A stretch of 54,291 nucleotides of DNA, the filler included, from Thelocarpon superellum (taxonomy: Eukaryota): assembly GCA_026025795.1 (NCBI GenBank). It is 2 parts of 2 records of this genome, joined end to end, with 100 filler letters (N's around TTAATTAATTAA, not from the genome) between each part and the next. Parts side by side here need not be neighbours in the genome. Positions count along the whole stretch, not along the records: positions 1 to 27,113 come from JAPEUG010000251.1; positions 27,214 to 54,291 come from JAPEUG010000252.1. The stretch is one strand, 5' to 3'. The translations under genes were made by a program, and so were the position numbers. The notes beneath the pieces are model-generated. The model saw only the letters and a program-made list of their open reading frames with translations. It made no database searches and had not been told where the DNA came from. Below, one piece after another: positions 25,282-37,887 of this stretch (its first letter is position 1; every line of letters begins with the position of its first letter).

Positions 25282-26478
25282 ATGACCGAGTCGAGCAATG
25301 GAGGCCCGGTGAATCCAACGCATGGTGAAATCACCCAAACTTTCTCGGCTCTCCCCATATGGCGCTGACGACTCTGCCCAAGCAACGTAGTTCTTGATCT
25401 GCCACAGCTCTTTGATAAGCCATCTGCGGACACTCTAATCCCCACATTGGACCTCTTGAGTCTGGAACCGCCATCATGGGTGATCGAGACGGCCAGCGCG
25501 CCACGCATCAAACAGGCAGACCCGAAAGGGCTGGCAGGCTACTTGACCCGGATCATCGCCAGTGATTTGAAATGGATTTCTGACGACGACACAAGAGAAC
25601 GAATCTGGAAGCTTGCAGGCCAACGATTGAGCGAGCGTGCTGGTCGATCCGGTAGGCATCCTGTCCCTTGGCACGCCGCAAGACAAGCTCAACGGAAGTG
25701 CATGCGTGCCTAACGGTCAAGCCACGCAACAGCAATGCCGCATCTCACACGGACCTTCACCGTCAACGATGCCGCGGCATGTCCTGTCGCCATCAAGATC
25801 CATGAACCGACCCTCACAGCCGACAAGCTGGGTCTCAAGACGTGGGCTGCGTCCTTTCTGCTTGCCCAGCGGCTGCACAGCTTACCTCAAGCTCTCCCCA
25901 CACCGTCCTTGCCACGCCTTCGCGTTCTCGAGCTCGGCGCCGGAACAGGCCTTGTTGGCATCGCAGCCGGCATTGCATGGGGCGCCGAAGTGCATCTCAC
26001 GGACCTTCCTGAAATTGTGGAAAATCTCTCTGCCAATATATCTGCGAATGAGGCTCTCATCACGACACACGGTGGCCTCGCATACGCATCGGTGCTCAAC
26101 TGGGCAGATGGCAGCGGCGCGGAGTCTGACGCGGATCGCTACGACGTCATTCTGGCCGCAGATACGTTCTATGCCGCTGAGCATCCGCGTCTCTTGGTGC
26201 AGACCATGCGAAAATGGCTACGAGGAAACCGCAACGCTCGCATCATCGTCGAGGCCCCGCTGCGAGATGCCTACCTGCCTGAGATTGCCCGCTTCCGCGA
26301 CCTGATGGCTCAGGCTGGTCTTGAGCTCCTCGAAGAGGGTCACGAGTTTGGTTGCGATGATTGGGGTGGTGATCGAGTCGGTGACGACGACTCGACGCTG
26401 GTCAAGTGCTGGTGGGGGGTGTGGCAATGGACGGACATGAAGGCAGAGACACACGTAGATGGTAGTCGAAACTCGTAG
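25282..26478 (+). CDS. EFM2: Protein-lysine N-methyltransferase, EFM2/rrg1-like (Methyltransf_16)
   Basis: Spliced N-terminus ...HVLDLPQL (intron 25325-25390), RLSERAGRS|AMP, IHEPTLTADKLGLKTWAAS, VLELGAGTGLVG, YDVILAAD. Confidence 0.85.
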
Positions 26479-26824
26479 AGAGAAGGCTTGGCGTGAACCC
26501 GTCGTTCATGTTCCCTCCAGTGATCATCATGTACAATGGTGGCAACCATGGATTTTGGCTTCCACGCCATTAGGGATGTGCTCGCGAGAGCAATGCTTTT
26601 TCTAGGTCATAAGAGCAAAAAGATTCAGCAAAGTCAGGTCGCGCCGGAGCAGTCGAAGCCATCAGTCCCTGCTCCATACCACGTGCCCAGCAAGAAAGAG
26701 GTCTCAGAGGGATCAGTCCACGACCGACTTTCCCACCTACTCCATGGTGCTTCATTCACTGGACGAGCTTGAAAACATGTCCATATACGACAGCGTGCTC
26801 GCCTGCCGTCGCCTACCACCGGCC

Positions 26825-27113
26825 CTACGCGTTCTCTGCGTAGTCTCCAACCCTAGGCTCCCCTCCCCAGTGCACAGGTCCAAGCCTAAGGAAGCTGTGG
26901 CCATCGGAGCTGATGCTGCTGGACCGGCTCGAATTGGAATCTGCCGCGGACAATGTGGAAGTGGACGAGGGAGTGGGCTTCGATTGAGCAGGCAGGACGA
27001 CAGGGGCCGCTGTTGTCTTCTTCACAAGCTGAGGCTGGGTTCGGTCGCTCTTCATATCCGCAACCGCAACTTGTTCGGCGAGCGGATAAGACGCCGATTG
27101 CTCCGGTAGCAGT
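26825..27113 (-). CDS. Hypothetical protein, 5'-truncated at the gap
   Basis: Frame stays open to the contig end. Ser-rich tract followed by FLRLGPVHWG, a C-terminal motif recalled from small fungal hypothetical proteins. Confidence 0.55.
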
Positions 27114-27213
27114 NNNNNNNNNNNNNNNNNNNNNNNNNNNNNNNNNNNNNNNNNNNNTTAATTAATTAANNNNNNNNNNNNNNNNNNNNNNNNNNNNNNN
27201 NNNNNNNNNNNNN
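27114..27213. other. Artificial contig-joining spacer (N44 + TTAATTAATTAA + N44)
   Basis: Exactly 100 nt and symmetric. The palindromic 12-mer places TAA stops in all six frames. Confidence 0.97.
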
Positions 27214-28237
27214 ATGAGTGCTGTCGGCATCTGGTCGTGGATGTATAGATCGATTGCGGAACAGAGCATCTTCTCCCTCTATCTCGTCTTGGTCCTCCTC
27301 AAATTGGCCGTGCTCTCCCTCTCCATCAGGTCGTCGGCCTCTCCTCCCCCGCCATATACCGTCACGCGACCGCCGCCACCACCACCGGCGGTCCTTGGGA
27401 CACTGGCCAGCGCTACCCCGACCCTGCAGAAAGCCCCGGAGCCCTCCAATCACCGTCGCCAGGCCCATGTCGAGCCATTCGGTGCGAGACAAGGTCGATC
27501 AGCATCATCCACTGTACCATACATCGCGCCCAAGGCAGCATGCACGACCAGCACGTCCAGAGTCGTCGCCTGCGGCCCGCACGCTCTCGGTCTCCTCTGT
27601 GCCCTCATCCACGCCTTGATTCTGGCCTCGAGCCTGGTCGTGGTGGGAATCCTGGCCCATTCGATCGGCAAATACCACCCGACGAAAAGCATCACGTTCC
27701 CGAGCACAGACGGAATGTTCCCAATTTGGCCCGACGGGCTCAATCCCGGCCCGACTGGCTTCCTCCTGGGAGTAGCCATCACCGGCGCCCTCACGTCGGC
27801 CGTCAGGATCTACCATTCGATTCGCACCGTCTCTGGTCCCCTCCCTGCTCGAGATCGTCTCGCTGTCGGCACCGCGGGCTTCATGTCCGTTGCGTGGGTG
27901 GTCGCTCTCGTCGTCTTTCAAGCATACGACAACGCAGATAAGAAGAATCTGGCCTGGGCTGCATGTAATGCCACCCACATCTTCTTTGGCCCGAGCGGTG
28001 TTGTTGACGTCCACATGTTGTGCGCCGAGCAGGTACGCATTTCTCCCCCCTTCGGTTCATGGTGCCACGCTCCGCAGAACACGAGCTGACGAATGGGTGT
28101 CATAGATGTCGGCATTGTACATAGGATGCGCAACCGCCGTGGCGGAGGTGATGATCCTCGTGACTTTGGGATGGTGTTATGTACCGCGCGTTCTCGGGCT
28201 TCTTCGTATACCCACGGTCATCGGCGTGAGGACGTGA
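27214..28237 (+). CDS. Hypothetical multi-pass membrane protein (5' end uncertain)
   Basis: Several hydrophobic segments. Intron ~28033-28105 (GTACGC...GCTGAC...ATAG) leads to a final hydrophobic exon ending in TGA at 28237. Confidence 0.6.
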
Positions 28238-28354
28238 GGTAGGTTGGCAAGTTGGCGAGGGGTCTGGAGTGATGGGCTTCGGGGGTTTTGGGTTTGGATT
28301 GGCCGTTTCAGGAATTGTTTGGGTGACCAACTACGACACCATGTTTATGTCCAT

Positions 28355-29707
28355 CTACCGTACTACGGCCCCCTTGAGAGTAGACACCGTGCACACTCCG
28401 CCGCTCTTGGAGGAGACCAGTTTCCTCAACGGTCCCTCCCCTTCTCCTCCAGCTCCAGCGCCAGCTCCAGCCTTGACGGCCAGCACGGCAGCAAGATCGA
28501 ACGCCACCTCGCACGCCTCCGTCGTGGTGAAGCCAACCTGACACGACTCCCACACTTTCTTCTTCGGATTCAGCACCGGCTCGGGCGCCGAGTCGCCCAG
28601 TCCCGCGAAACACACCCTCTCGCCTGCTTCTGCATCGGGAGGGGGTGACACGAGCTCGACTGGTCCAGCGTGCGGGTCTTCCTTCTCCCTGCCGCCGTCA
28701 GCGGACGGAGTGGGGTGAGGCCGCGGCGACGCCGCCAGCACCATCGCGGCGGATTTTATCCCCCGCATCGTCACCGGCTTCAGGTTGCACACGACCACCA
28801 CCTTGCGGCCTTGCATCTCCGAGAGCGGCACGAGCCCGTTGAGCCCCGAGCAGACCGTGCGGACCGTCAGGGACGTCGCTTCGTCCACCGACGTGTTGTC
28901 GCTCCCTGCTGCGTCGCCGCATGCGATCGTCGAGACGTAGAGTGAGTCCGCGTTGGGGTGCGCAATGGCGCGTAGGATGTGTCCCACGCGCAGGTCAATG
29001 AGCGAGGGCGACAGTGGTTTTTCGATGGCCGACGCTGGCGCCGGCGCCGGCTTGCCTCCCTTCCCGCCCTTGTCTTTCTTCGCGGCGCGGGTGGGGAGGG
29101 CCGTGCCGGGGGGAGCACCCTTGGTGCCTTGGACCGAGGGGCCACCTCCTTGTCCTCCTTGAGAGGCTTCGGTGGTGGCAGCCACAGCCGCCTTTGCCTT
29201 CTTCTTCCGCTCCTTCTCCTCCCTGGCATCTATCGGCTTCGGGTAGAATCGTACGTCCGAGGGGTCGATGACGATCTTCTCGTGCTGCGGCACGGTGATG
29301 GGAAAGGTATCTGGGGCATGCTGGACAAAGTCGAGAAAGCGCACAACGTGGTGGTATCCATGCTCGCCCGTTCGCTGGTCGGGTGTCCACGTCTTGGCCG
29401 TCGGGGCTAATCGCGTGTACACGGCCACGTCGGCCGGCGAGGGTTTGCTGCCGAGGACGGTGGTGCGGGAGGCGAGGTGGTCATTGAGGCTTTGGTAGGC
29501 CTGCGTCTCCTTGGATGCGGGGAGCAGGTACGTCGTGGATCGGCCGGCCCATTCGTTGATCTCTGCCTTTTCGGCGTCGGAGTAGCTCAGGGTCGGGAAG
29601 AGGATGGGGCAGAGCTCGGAGATGGCGCTGGTGGACATGCTAGATGCAGCGATGGCAGATGCTTGGTGCTGGGTGAGGAACTGAACGAAGGGGTCTGGGC
29701 TGGCCAT
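28355..29707 (-). CDS. ARC1: tRNA-aminoacylation cofactor Arc1 (GST-like domain plus OB tRNA-binding domain)
   Basis: LNDHLASRTTVLGSKPSPAD, IDLRVGHI, HPNADSLYVS, RTVCSGL, VCNLKPVTMRGIKSAAMVL, LNPKKKVWE. Start taken as MASPD. Confidence 0.93.
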   Translation of the reverse strand: MASPDPFVQFLTQHQASAIAASSMSTSAISELCPILFPTLSYSDAEKAEINEWAGRSTTYLLPASKETQAYQSLNDHLASRTTVLGSKPSPADVAVYTRLAPTAKTWTPDQRTGEHGYHHVVRFLDFVQHAPDTFPITVPQHEKIVIDPSDVRFYPKPIDAREEKERKKKAKAAVAATTEASQGGQGGGPSVQGTKGAPPGTALPTRAAKKDKGGKGGKPAPAPASAIEKPLSPSLIDLRVGHILRAIAHPNADSLYVSTIACGDAAGSDNTSVDEATSLTVRTVCSGLNGLVPLSEMQGRKVVVVCNLKPVTMRGIKSAAMVLAASPRPHPTPSADGGREKEDPHAGPVELVSPPPDAEAGERVCFAGLGDSAPEPVLNPKKKVWESCQVGFTTTEACEVAFDLAAVLAVKAGAGAGAGGEGEGPLRKLVSSKSGGVCTVSTLKGAVVR

Positions 29708-30142
29708 GTTGAGCGGGGCGGAGGATCGTTGTGATTCGGACAAGGTGGGGTGGCCTGTCGCGATGCTTCGTGGCCCGTAGACGCTGTGGCGGTTGGAAAT
29801 GATGATCGGGCCGGCACAAGGAGAGGAAGTTCGGCGTACGTGAAGATGCCGACTTGTGGTATTCATGAAAGATCGGAAATATTGCGGTCTTGTGCTCCGT
29901 CGAGTAGCTGAGAGGACAAGACACATCCCGTCTTTGTCTGATCTTGACATCGGCTACGGATGAGTCGGGTGCTTCATCTTCGCTCACTATCCTCCTCCCA
30001 CAGCGCAACCCGTCTCGCACACCTGCGAGGTTTCTCTTTCTCTACAACACCCGGATATCCGAAGCACTCTTCAAGGGATCGACATCGAACGCAGTCCCCA
30101 GCATTTGGTATACTAATTACAACATCTAGACTGACAAAGTCC

Positions 30143-33100
30143 TCACTCAAACGCCGGATCGCTGACGGCACCCGGAAACGAGCCTGGCACGGTGTTGCGT
30201 CCTGGGGAAGCGACCGAGGTCCCGGCAATGGATCGAATGTAGTCCTTGGCAAAGTCTCTCATCCGTGGTCGCCTGGGGTCAACGGAATCCCTGGGACCAC
30301 TTCGCAAGGTCTTGAATGAGTCCCCATCTCTCAAGGAGTGCTCTACCGGGATCAAACCCGTGGTTTCGTCGTGAGACAGCCCACCCACCGTAGACAAGTC
30401 GACGGGAATCAGGCCCTGGTTATCGTCCGTCTCACTAGCGGGGTTGTGCAGAGACGCCCCGTTGACCTCCGAGGGCGCTGCGCCGATCCCAGTCCCGGCG
30501 TCGCCGACACCTTGAGAATTGGACAACCCACTGACCGACGACGGCGAATCGGACGTGGTGAGCATGGAATCGCGAGCTTCAGACGGCTCGCTGACGGTCG
30601 TGTGTCGTGAAAAGCTCCTCTCCGCCAGATCGCCCTCGGAATCCCGCGTCACGGGCGATGAGGTGACCTCTCGCGAGGCCCGGACAGAGCCAGTCTCGGG
30701 AGTTCGCGAGCCCACCGACGACGTACGTGCCTCATGGAGAGTGGCCCCGATGACTGGATAGTAGTCTTGGGGAGGAAGATTCATCCGGGAGTAGTCTCGT
30801 GACGGTGGCCGGCTGTCGCGTACCGGCCCGGACGCATCGCTCGACGACAAGGACGACGTCGACACCTGTCGCTGATGACCGAGCGACGCGTGTGATACCT
30901 CGTCTTCCGGAATCGCCGGCGTGATGGAGAAGTTTGGTGGGTACTTCTCGTTCCTCGGCAGTTTCCCGTTTCCGCCAAGGCCTTCCCCAACGCTTGGCTC
31001 TTCAGGATACGTCTCCGCCGTCAGAGCAGACGACCTGCCCGCCATCCCTCCATCTGTTGACTCACGCTGCGAATACAGGCTGTCGGAAGACCCGGAGCTG
31101 TTGGATAAGTCGCCCTTTCCCTTGCGCCGAGGCCCTTCCTCGTCCGACGAGGCCTGGCCGGGGGACATCGGCTGCTGTCTTGGAGCAAAGATGGGGGTGG
31201 CTTGAGGATTGACGGGCTTCCGCTGCAAGGAAGCTCTCTTGAACGGCGCCGAATAATTGCGACCGGTCGTAGGAAGTCCGCCTCGTTGATCGGTCCCAGA
31301 AGAGTAGGGCCGCTCAGAGGCGTTGACCTCCATGGGGTCACCTATCGGTTCACGCTCACGAGACTCATCTGGCTCGCAAGAGCCTTCCACAGACGGCAGA
31401 GCCGCGGGGATGGTCTTGGTGACGGTGGGAGGCTCGGCCACGTTGGGGGTGGCGTTGGCCAGCGTGTGAGGATCCACGGAATACATTGGTAGCGGCCACG
31501 TCTGCCCCGTGAGCCTGGCCCCCATCTCATACGTCGGAGGGTGCTTCCACACGGTCTCCGTCCGCGGGTATCCCTCTTCGGTCTGATAGGTACGCGTCGA
31601 TACCATCGTGGGCTCGGTGGAGGGTGGATTCGGGGGAGGAATCGTGGTCCCCGTAGTGAAGCTGTAGTCCGGCGTGACCGTCTCCACAATCTGCCAATGG
31701 TCTTGTCGGCCAGGGATGTCCTCGGCCGGCACTTCCTTCAGCCCACCGTAGACGGGGATGAAGTGACGGGGTGGGAGGACCTGAACGTCGATGATGGGCA
31801 GGATCCGGTGGTGCACCTCGTAGGTATGGATCTCGCGATAGATGACCTCCTCTCGAATCTGGTGTACTTCCGGGTAGACGGTCTCATGGGTGACCGCTGG
31901 AACGGTCAGTCAGCTTATGTTCCGAGGAGATTCGGGTGACTTCGTACCAGGAACTTGACGGGTGATGACTTCGGTGTCGACGGTTGAAGTCAGATCCACT
32001 ACGTCATCTAAAGATGACGTCGTCGGCAAATTCCGCCCCGTCACGGGCGACAGCTCCTCGGCGGCCAGATGAGATTTGGCCAAGCGTCGGTCAGTTTGTG
32101 GAGGTCGCGTCTCAGGCTCGGCATCACTTTCACGCTGCTTCGCTGCCTCGGGCTCTTGTTGGAGAGCAGTCGTTCGGTCCAGAGCGCTTTCTCCTCTGCC
32201 TGATGCCCAGGTCGTCCTGCGTGGCTGGGTGGAACTAAATATGTCCCTATGCTCGTCCACGTCCACGTCCACGTCCGCCGGCTGCTGGAACGCGCCCACT
32301 GCACCATTAGGGAGGGTACGTTCACGCGTTTGTTGCTCGAGACCCGCTCCGTCGGACTCGACAGTGTTTGATGTCGGGAACGGACCATGTCCATTCGCGG
32401 CGGCGGTTGAAGGTACGGTTTGGGCCGGCCCAGTCTTGTCCTGTAGAGACCCGTTCGACAAGGCCGAGGTGCTTCGACTCTCGTCGTGCTGGTAAGGGAC
32501 ACTTCCATCACTAGTTCTCCGCGACTGGTCCAAGGACGACCGAGCACTTCCGATACGCTTCCTGGCGAAAGAATGTCGCTTGTCCTGGCTATCCCTTGAA
32601 TGCATCGCATGATGTTGGGGAGATATGGAATTGGGTAATTGAGAGGGCGTGGGCGAGTGCTGAACCTTGCCGGGTCCGGTGCTGATGGCCTGGCCAATGT
32701 CCGGCTCGGCGGCTCCGACATGGGCATCCAGCTCGGAGTCTGGTCCCATGGCCTCAGGCGGTTGTGAGCGCTCGGAACGGGGAAGATCGGTAGGCTTGAC
32801 CACCGTCGAGCGCTCCACTGGCGCATCGTCATCATCAGACAAGTAGAGGCGCGAGGTCGCAAAGGGTCGGTGCTGGGTCGGCGTGGATGGGATGGACATA
32901 TCGGCGGTCAAGGCCGAATGAGTGGTCGGAGTAACGATGCGAGGCTGAAGCGGCTCAGGCACCAACGATGAGCCGGCGTCGAGGCCGCGAGGAATACTTG
33001 GTGGAGTGGTCATTCGTGGAAGATTGTTTGTGGGATCGCTCGGCGTCGACGTGGCTCGCGCGCGCGGCATGTCAACAGCAACGATCGACTCTTTCCGTCG

Positions 33101-33457
33101 TACGGGCGACTTGGCACCAGCTAGAGGCGCTCCACGGCGGCCGCGTTCCGCCTCGACATCTTCGGTCCCTGGCGCTGAGGTCGGATTGCTGGCGGCCGCG
33201 GCCGCTGCGCGCTGCGAAGGTGAGGGCACTTTCGTCGGGCGAGCATTCTGCGCATACTTGGCGCGGTTGGCAAGAATCATCTTTTCGCGATCTGTTTTGT
33301 ACGGCTGTCGCCGCATATGCTCGGGCAAGACGGCATTGCCTTTGACGGGGAAGTCGCCGATTTCGGGCGGATTACCTGGGTAGGTATCTTCGTAGAGCGA
33401 CGTCCGGAAGTTCGGACGGTCGCCCGGAGTGAGACTTCGGCGGATCGCTTTCTTCAT
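30143..33457 (-). CDS. Large low-complexity hypothetical protein with a central conserved 'PAVTHET...REIH...LP' domain
   Basis: Two long ORFs joined in frame by a 51-nt intron, 31947-31897 (GTACGA...GCTGAC...CAG). Start assumed at MKKAIRR. Confidence 0.75.
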
Positions 33458-34660
33458 CGTGGCCGGCGCGCCTACACTTGGTCTGATGGGCAACGCATCC
33501 ACAGCTCAACTTCAAACGCTGCGGTGGCGAGCGAAGCCCCAGCGGCCAGGTGGCCGTAGGTGCGCGAGGGGCCTGGCCGCGAGACGATGGACCTACGGCT
33601 GTTTGTGTGGCAACATGGACGGGAAAGGAGCAGGATAATGGCAGCGGAGATGTGCCTCGACGATGGGGAGGAGGGATTGCGTCTGAGGCAGTGCCGGTGC
33701 AAAAGCATCACCACCCAGCCTAACCTGGAAGCTTTGTGGCGTGATCGTGGCGGCCTCAGTCAAGCTTGGTCAAGCTTGGTCAAATCCCATCGACCTCGCC
33801 GGCTTGCTTTGGCCGTGCCATGGCCGTGCCATCTACCAGCGCTAGGCTGCTCGCGGCCGTCCAATCCTCGGTCGGCGCTGGGCTAGCCGTCCGCTTGGGG
33901 GCTAGACCCTCGCTCCTGTCAGCGACCTCTTCGCTTGCGCCCTAGGCATCCACTCAGCTGCAAGCTTCAGGAGGCCCCACGATCGGGACTTGGACCCGGT
34001 CCCTGCAAGGCCAAGTCGGTGGCGCTGTGACGCGGTGGGCAGGGATCATGGCCGGCGTCCGAACTCGTATTGTCCAGGAGATACAAGCCGTCGCGCGGGA
34101 GGGCAAGCTTCCAAGGGTCGTGATGAGGTCGGCTCGGGCGTCGTCCCATCCTTCCGATCACTTCCCTCGCATCTCCACGGGCCCTTGGGATCAGACGCGT
34201 CGCAGGCGCACGGTACGTGACGGTACGTGGATGACGACATGGGCCTACTCCGCGGTCAAGTGTGGCTGAGGCGCCCGGCAGGCTAGGGCCCGAGGGAGCA
34301 AGACCAACCTGGTGACGCTGCGTCTAACGTGATTCGGCCTGATGGCTCGCTACCTCCCACATGGTTGGTCGGAGCTTTTCTACGGGCAAGCTTGCACCCA
34401 CGTACGTCATTTTTGTTGTGGTCCCCACCACCACCTGGTGCCGGAACGAGGAGTTCGTTAACCGCTTCCCTGATTTCTGTACGCGCGACGCTACTTTACC
34501 TCCCCAGTGACGCAAGATGTCTTGCAGGACACGAGCGCCCGCAGAGACATGCAACCATCGATAGGGGACATATCGCAGGATCGATCAAGTAACCGGCAAC
34601 GGCCTCGTCGCGACTCGCGAAAGGATTCTGGCGGTGGTCGGGCAGAGCCATCAGCCCCTG

Positions 34661-34668
34661 TGACGTCA
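34661..34668. promoter_or_regulatory. Palindromic CRE/ATF site TGACGTCA in the divergent intergenic region
   Basis: Perfect octamer. A TGACGTA variant lies at ~35032 and an AGGGG (STRE-like) motif at ~35319, before the TATA-like TATATA at ~35345. Function is inferred. Confidence 0.4.
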
Positions 34669-35503
34669 AATGGATGGGGATGAACACCAGGAAACTCGCA
34701 TAGATCTCGAAAAGGTGCTCAAGGGGACTCGTGTGGAAAGATGTACCGGTGCAGCAAGACGTTGGAGATCATCTACACGGACATATGGACGCCAGTGCAT
34801 GTCTAAAGATCGGCGATGACATGTGTTTCAGGCCGTCCCCCCCACCTTGCCCCGCGTCAGGGTGATACGGATGCGGCACGGAGGTACTGACACGAGATGC
34901 GGTGCTGTCCGAGGCATCCTCGCCAATCACCTACTACTAGTAACCTAGTAGGTAGTCATTCCTCTCCATGAGTGATCCAGCTAGCATTTCCCGGCCGCTT
35001 GCGTCATGTCCATTCCGCTCGACGGCTCGATTGACGTAGCCTATCGCCGAGTCTTGACTTTCCGCTAGGTGCGATGCACTACCCCCACAACGCCAGATGG
35101 AGATTTCGACGCTGATGGGGCCGACACGACCTATCCCAATCCTTCGACCGCTTGCCCTAGATCGGAAACTATTCGGTCGGTAGCGTAAAGGGAGCGCGAC
35201 GGTGTCACGCACTTTGGAGGTGTGGCGTCTGCCTTGGCGGATGAGATGCAGCGCGGTGGCACGGACATGTTCCGCGATGACATAGCTGCTCAAATGCATG
35301 ACGATGGGAGAGGTCATGAGGGGCATGGGAGCCCGACGAGCATCTATATATTGGACGTCGTAACCCGCCTTTCCCATCTGACTTTTGCATCCAAACCATT
35401 GCATCCTACGTGAACAAGCATCATTTACAACATCATCACTTATCCTCGTCTCCTGAACATCCTCCACATTCCCCTATCAATCAATCATTCTCAATCATTC
35501 ACA

Positions 35504-36651
35504 ATGGACAAAGCCAAGGCAGCCGTGGGTAATTTCATGTATGTACCACTGTTTGGTCCGACGCGCAGATCGACGGAATGACTCACGATGAGAATCATAC
35601 TGACAAGGTCTTTTCTATCAAGGGCCAAGGCCGGTCATCACGACACCACCGTCCACGAACGTGTGGCCCCGGCGGTCACGCAAGAGACCCTGAACCGGAC
35701 GCGCGTCGAGGAGAAGCAGATGGCCATCGACCGTGAGGTCCATCAGCATCACTATCACACCTCCGTCCAGCCCATCGTCGACCGCGAGATTCTCCCCGAG
35801 AAGCACCACCACCGCATGATTGACGTGGAAGAGCGAACTCACAATCACAACGATGAGGGCGCCGTCCGCGCCCGTCTCGAGCAGGAGCGTGCCCAGTTCG
35901 CCGATCGACGTGTCGAGGGAAAAGAGCGTGTCGTTTCCACCGAAGCGCCTGTGATCGCCGGCGAGCACATCCATCATCATGGTACGTTTACATTCTCATT
36001 GATGCGACGCAGATCTGACCAGTGGATGTAGTTCACGAGACCATCCAACCCATCGTGCAAAAGGAGACCATCCAACCCTCCGTCGTCCACACCACCATCC
36101 CCATCCACGAAGTACACCACAACGAGGCCAAGCATCACGCTGCTTCAGCCTTACCGGCTGTCAGCATGAGCGAATTCCGAGCCCAAGGTGGAAGTCTGAG
36201 CGGGCGTGAGGAGCGTGTCGATGGTTTCGAGGGCGAACCCAAGCCTGTTGCCAGCACCCTCGGCGGAGCTGCCAGCGGACTTGGTGCCACCGGCGCGCGA
36301 GGTACCACCGCGAGTGGCGTTAACGGTACGCGCAACTCCCGCCTGGAGAATGAAGTCGATCCTCGCGTCGACTCCACCCTCGACGGCTCTCGAACCGTTG
36401 GCAATCGTGGTGTCAACGCAAACGGCTACGATAACGCGACCGGCGTCACCGACTCGCGTCACAACAATTCCAACGGCGTCACGGGCGCGAGCGGGGTGAA
36501 TTCGGAATATGGCACCGGCAATCCCGGCAAGGCATCGAAGCTCAACAAGACTGGCGTCTCCGGCGCCGGACCCCACAATTCCCGCCTCGAGAACAAGATT
36601 GATCCCCGCGTCGACTCTAACGAAGATGGTAAGGCTGGTGTCGGCAAGTGA
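35504..36651 (+). CDS. Fungal 'allergen'-type His-rich protein with two dehydrin-like DPR repeats
   Basis: MDKAKAAVGNF|...AGHHDTTVHERVAPAV...REVHQHHYHTSVQP...GEHIHHH|VHETIQPIVQKETIQPSVVHTTIPIHEVHH. C-terminal repeats NSRLENEVDPRVDSTLDG and GPHNSRLENKIDPRVDSNEDG. Confidence 0.85.
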
Positions 36652-37596
36652 ACACTCAACCACGTCATGGTTAAATGAATGAAGTTGGCATTTGGCGCCC
36701 TGAGACGGATTCGAAAATGGAAACGGAAGTCGTGTTTTACTCTCGCACTTGTATGACTAGGATTATATTGTCGAAAAATTTGAGAGTAACAATATAAAGT
36801 GGCGTTTTTGCACGAAGAGAGTAATAGAATAATGCTTGCATTGGATTTGCGACACAGTTACACAAATTGTACCCGTATGTTGATCAAATGCCAAAATTTT
36901 ACAACGTCCACAATAGAGTGGTCGACGAGTAGCAAGAAGATGAGTACTATCACTGTGGAGATTAAGGACCGTCAACTCGTGATCGTTGTGACGCCAAAGG
37001 GCACGCCTTACTGTACGAATAGGAGAAGGGATGTGATGATCACGTGGTGAGTCACATGACCGCTTGCACGTGAGCGCAGGCGACGCGGTAAGCGCAGCTT
37101 CAGCATTCTACTCGAGTACTACAATGGAGTCAGGAATAGGGCTTAGACCTCTATTGCAACACGAGATCCTAGCGTCAGAAGGACGTCTATTGATTCCGCC
37201 TGGCGATACGCTTCGTCGTCACGGAAGAGGTCTTTCCCCCCATCACCGACTCTATCCCATTTGTCTTCCAGAGGAAGTAAATGCCGAGAACGGAAGTAAA
37301 TCTCAGAGAACCGAGGTTGATCGTGCCTTCTCTTGGACCATATTCCTACGCTGACAACATCGAGGATCTGCAAATCACATCATACCCTGTGGCATTCCCC
37401 AAGCCACCCCAAAGCCACTCCAGCGCGTCCTCGCATGCGCTCTGCCAACGCCGAGCATACAAAACCCCCACATTTCCTTCCTCTCAACCTCGATGCGTTC
37501 CTTTACGCCAATTTGACAATCTTCTCACTGCCTCCCATGTTGTTTCTGTCTCGCGGCATGGTCGTACGGCTCCCTGATCCCGTCTCCCACAGGCTC

Positions 37597-37887
37597 TTAT
37601 CCGGCTAGGACAAGGCAATCCCACATGTGGCATTTCCCCTGTATCCAGGCTGACCGGATGCGTCCACTACCGACTGCAGTGGCTCAAGAACTAACTGATG
37701 CAGGCAATCCTGCTGGGCAAGCAGGGTCGTTACCAAAGAACTTGGTCCCGTCGCTATTGTAGCAACAGATGGGATTCCCGTTGATGTTCGACACAGCGAG
37801 ACAGACGGCTGCCGTCAGTCCAACTGCGATAGCCTGGACCAACGGAGTGGCCAGGAGGCAGGAGAGCGCAACGATGGAGTAGCGCAT
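37597..37887 (-). CDS. Small secreted cysteine-rich protein (effector-like)
   Basis: Signal peptide MRYSIVALSCLLATPLVQA, then C..CC..C. A possible intron (GTTAGT ~37695...ACAG ~37639, weak branch site) adds GKCHMWDCLVLAG*. TATAAA at 38078-38073. If unspliced, it stops at 37684. Confidence 0.6.

Noticed and set aside
29708..29950. N-terminal extension of ARC1 from ORF 28355..29950
   Set aside because: No recognisable homology upstream of MASPD; likely 5' UTR, though an alternative targeting start cannot be excluded.
37064..37600. Short ORFs between the allergen gene and the secreted-peptide gene
   Set aside because: No motif or consistent splice structure that I could support.
37597..37887. 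Hydrophobin
   Set aside because: Lacks the eight-Cys C-CC-C-C-CC-C pattern.
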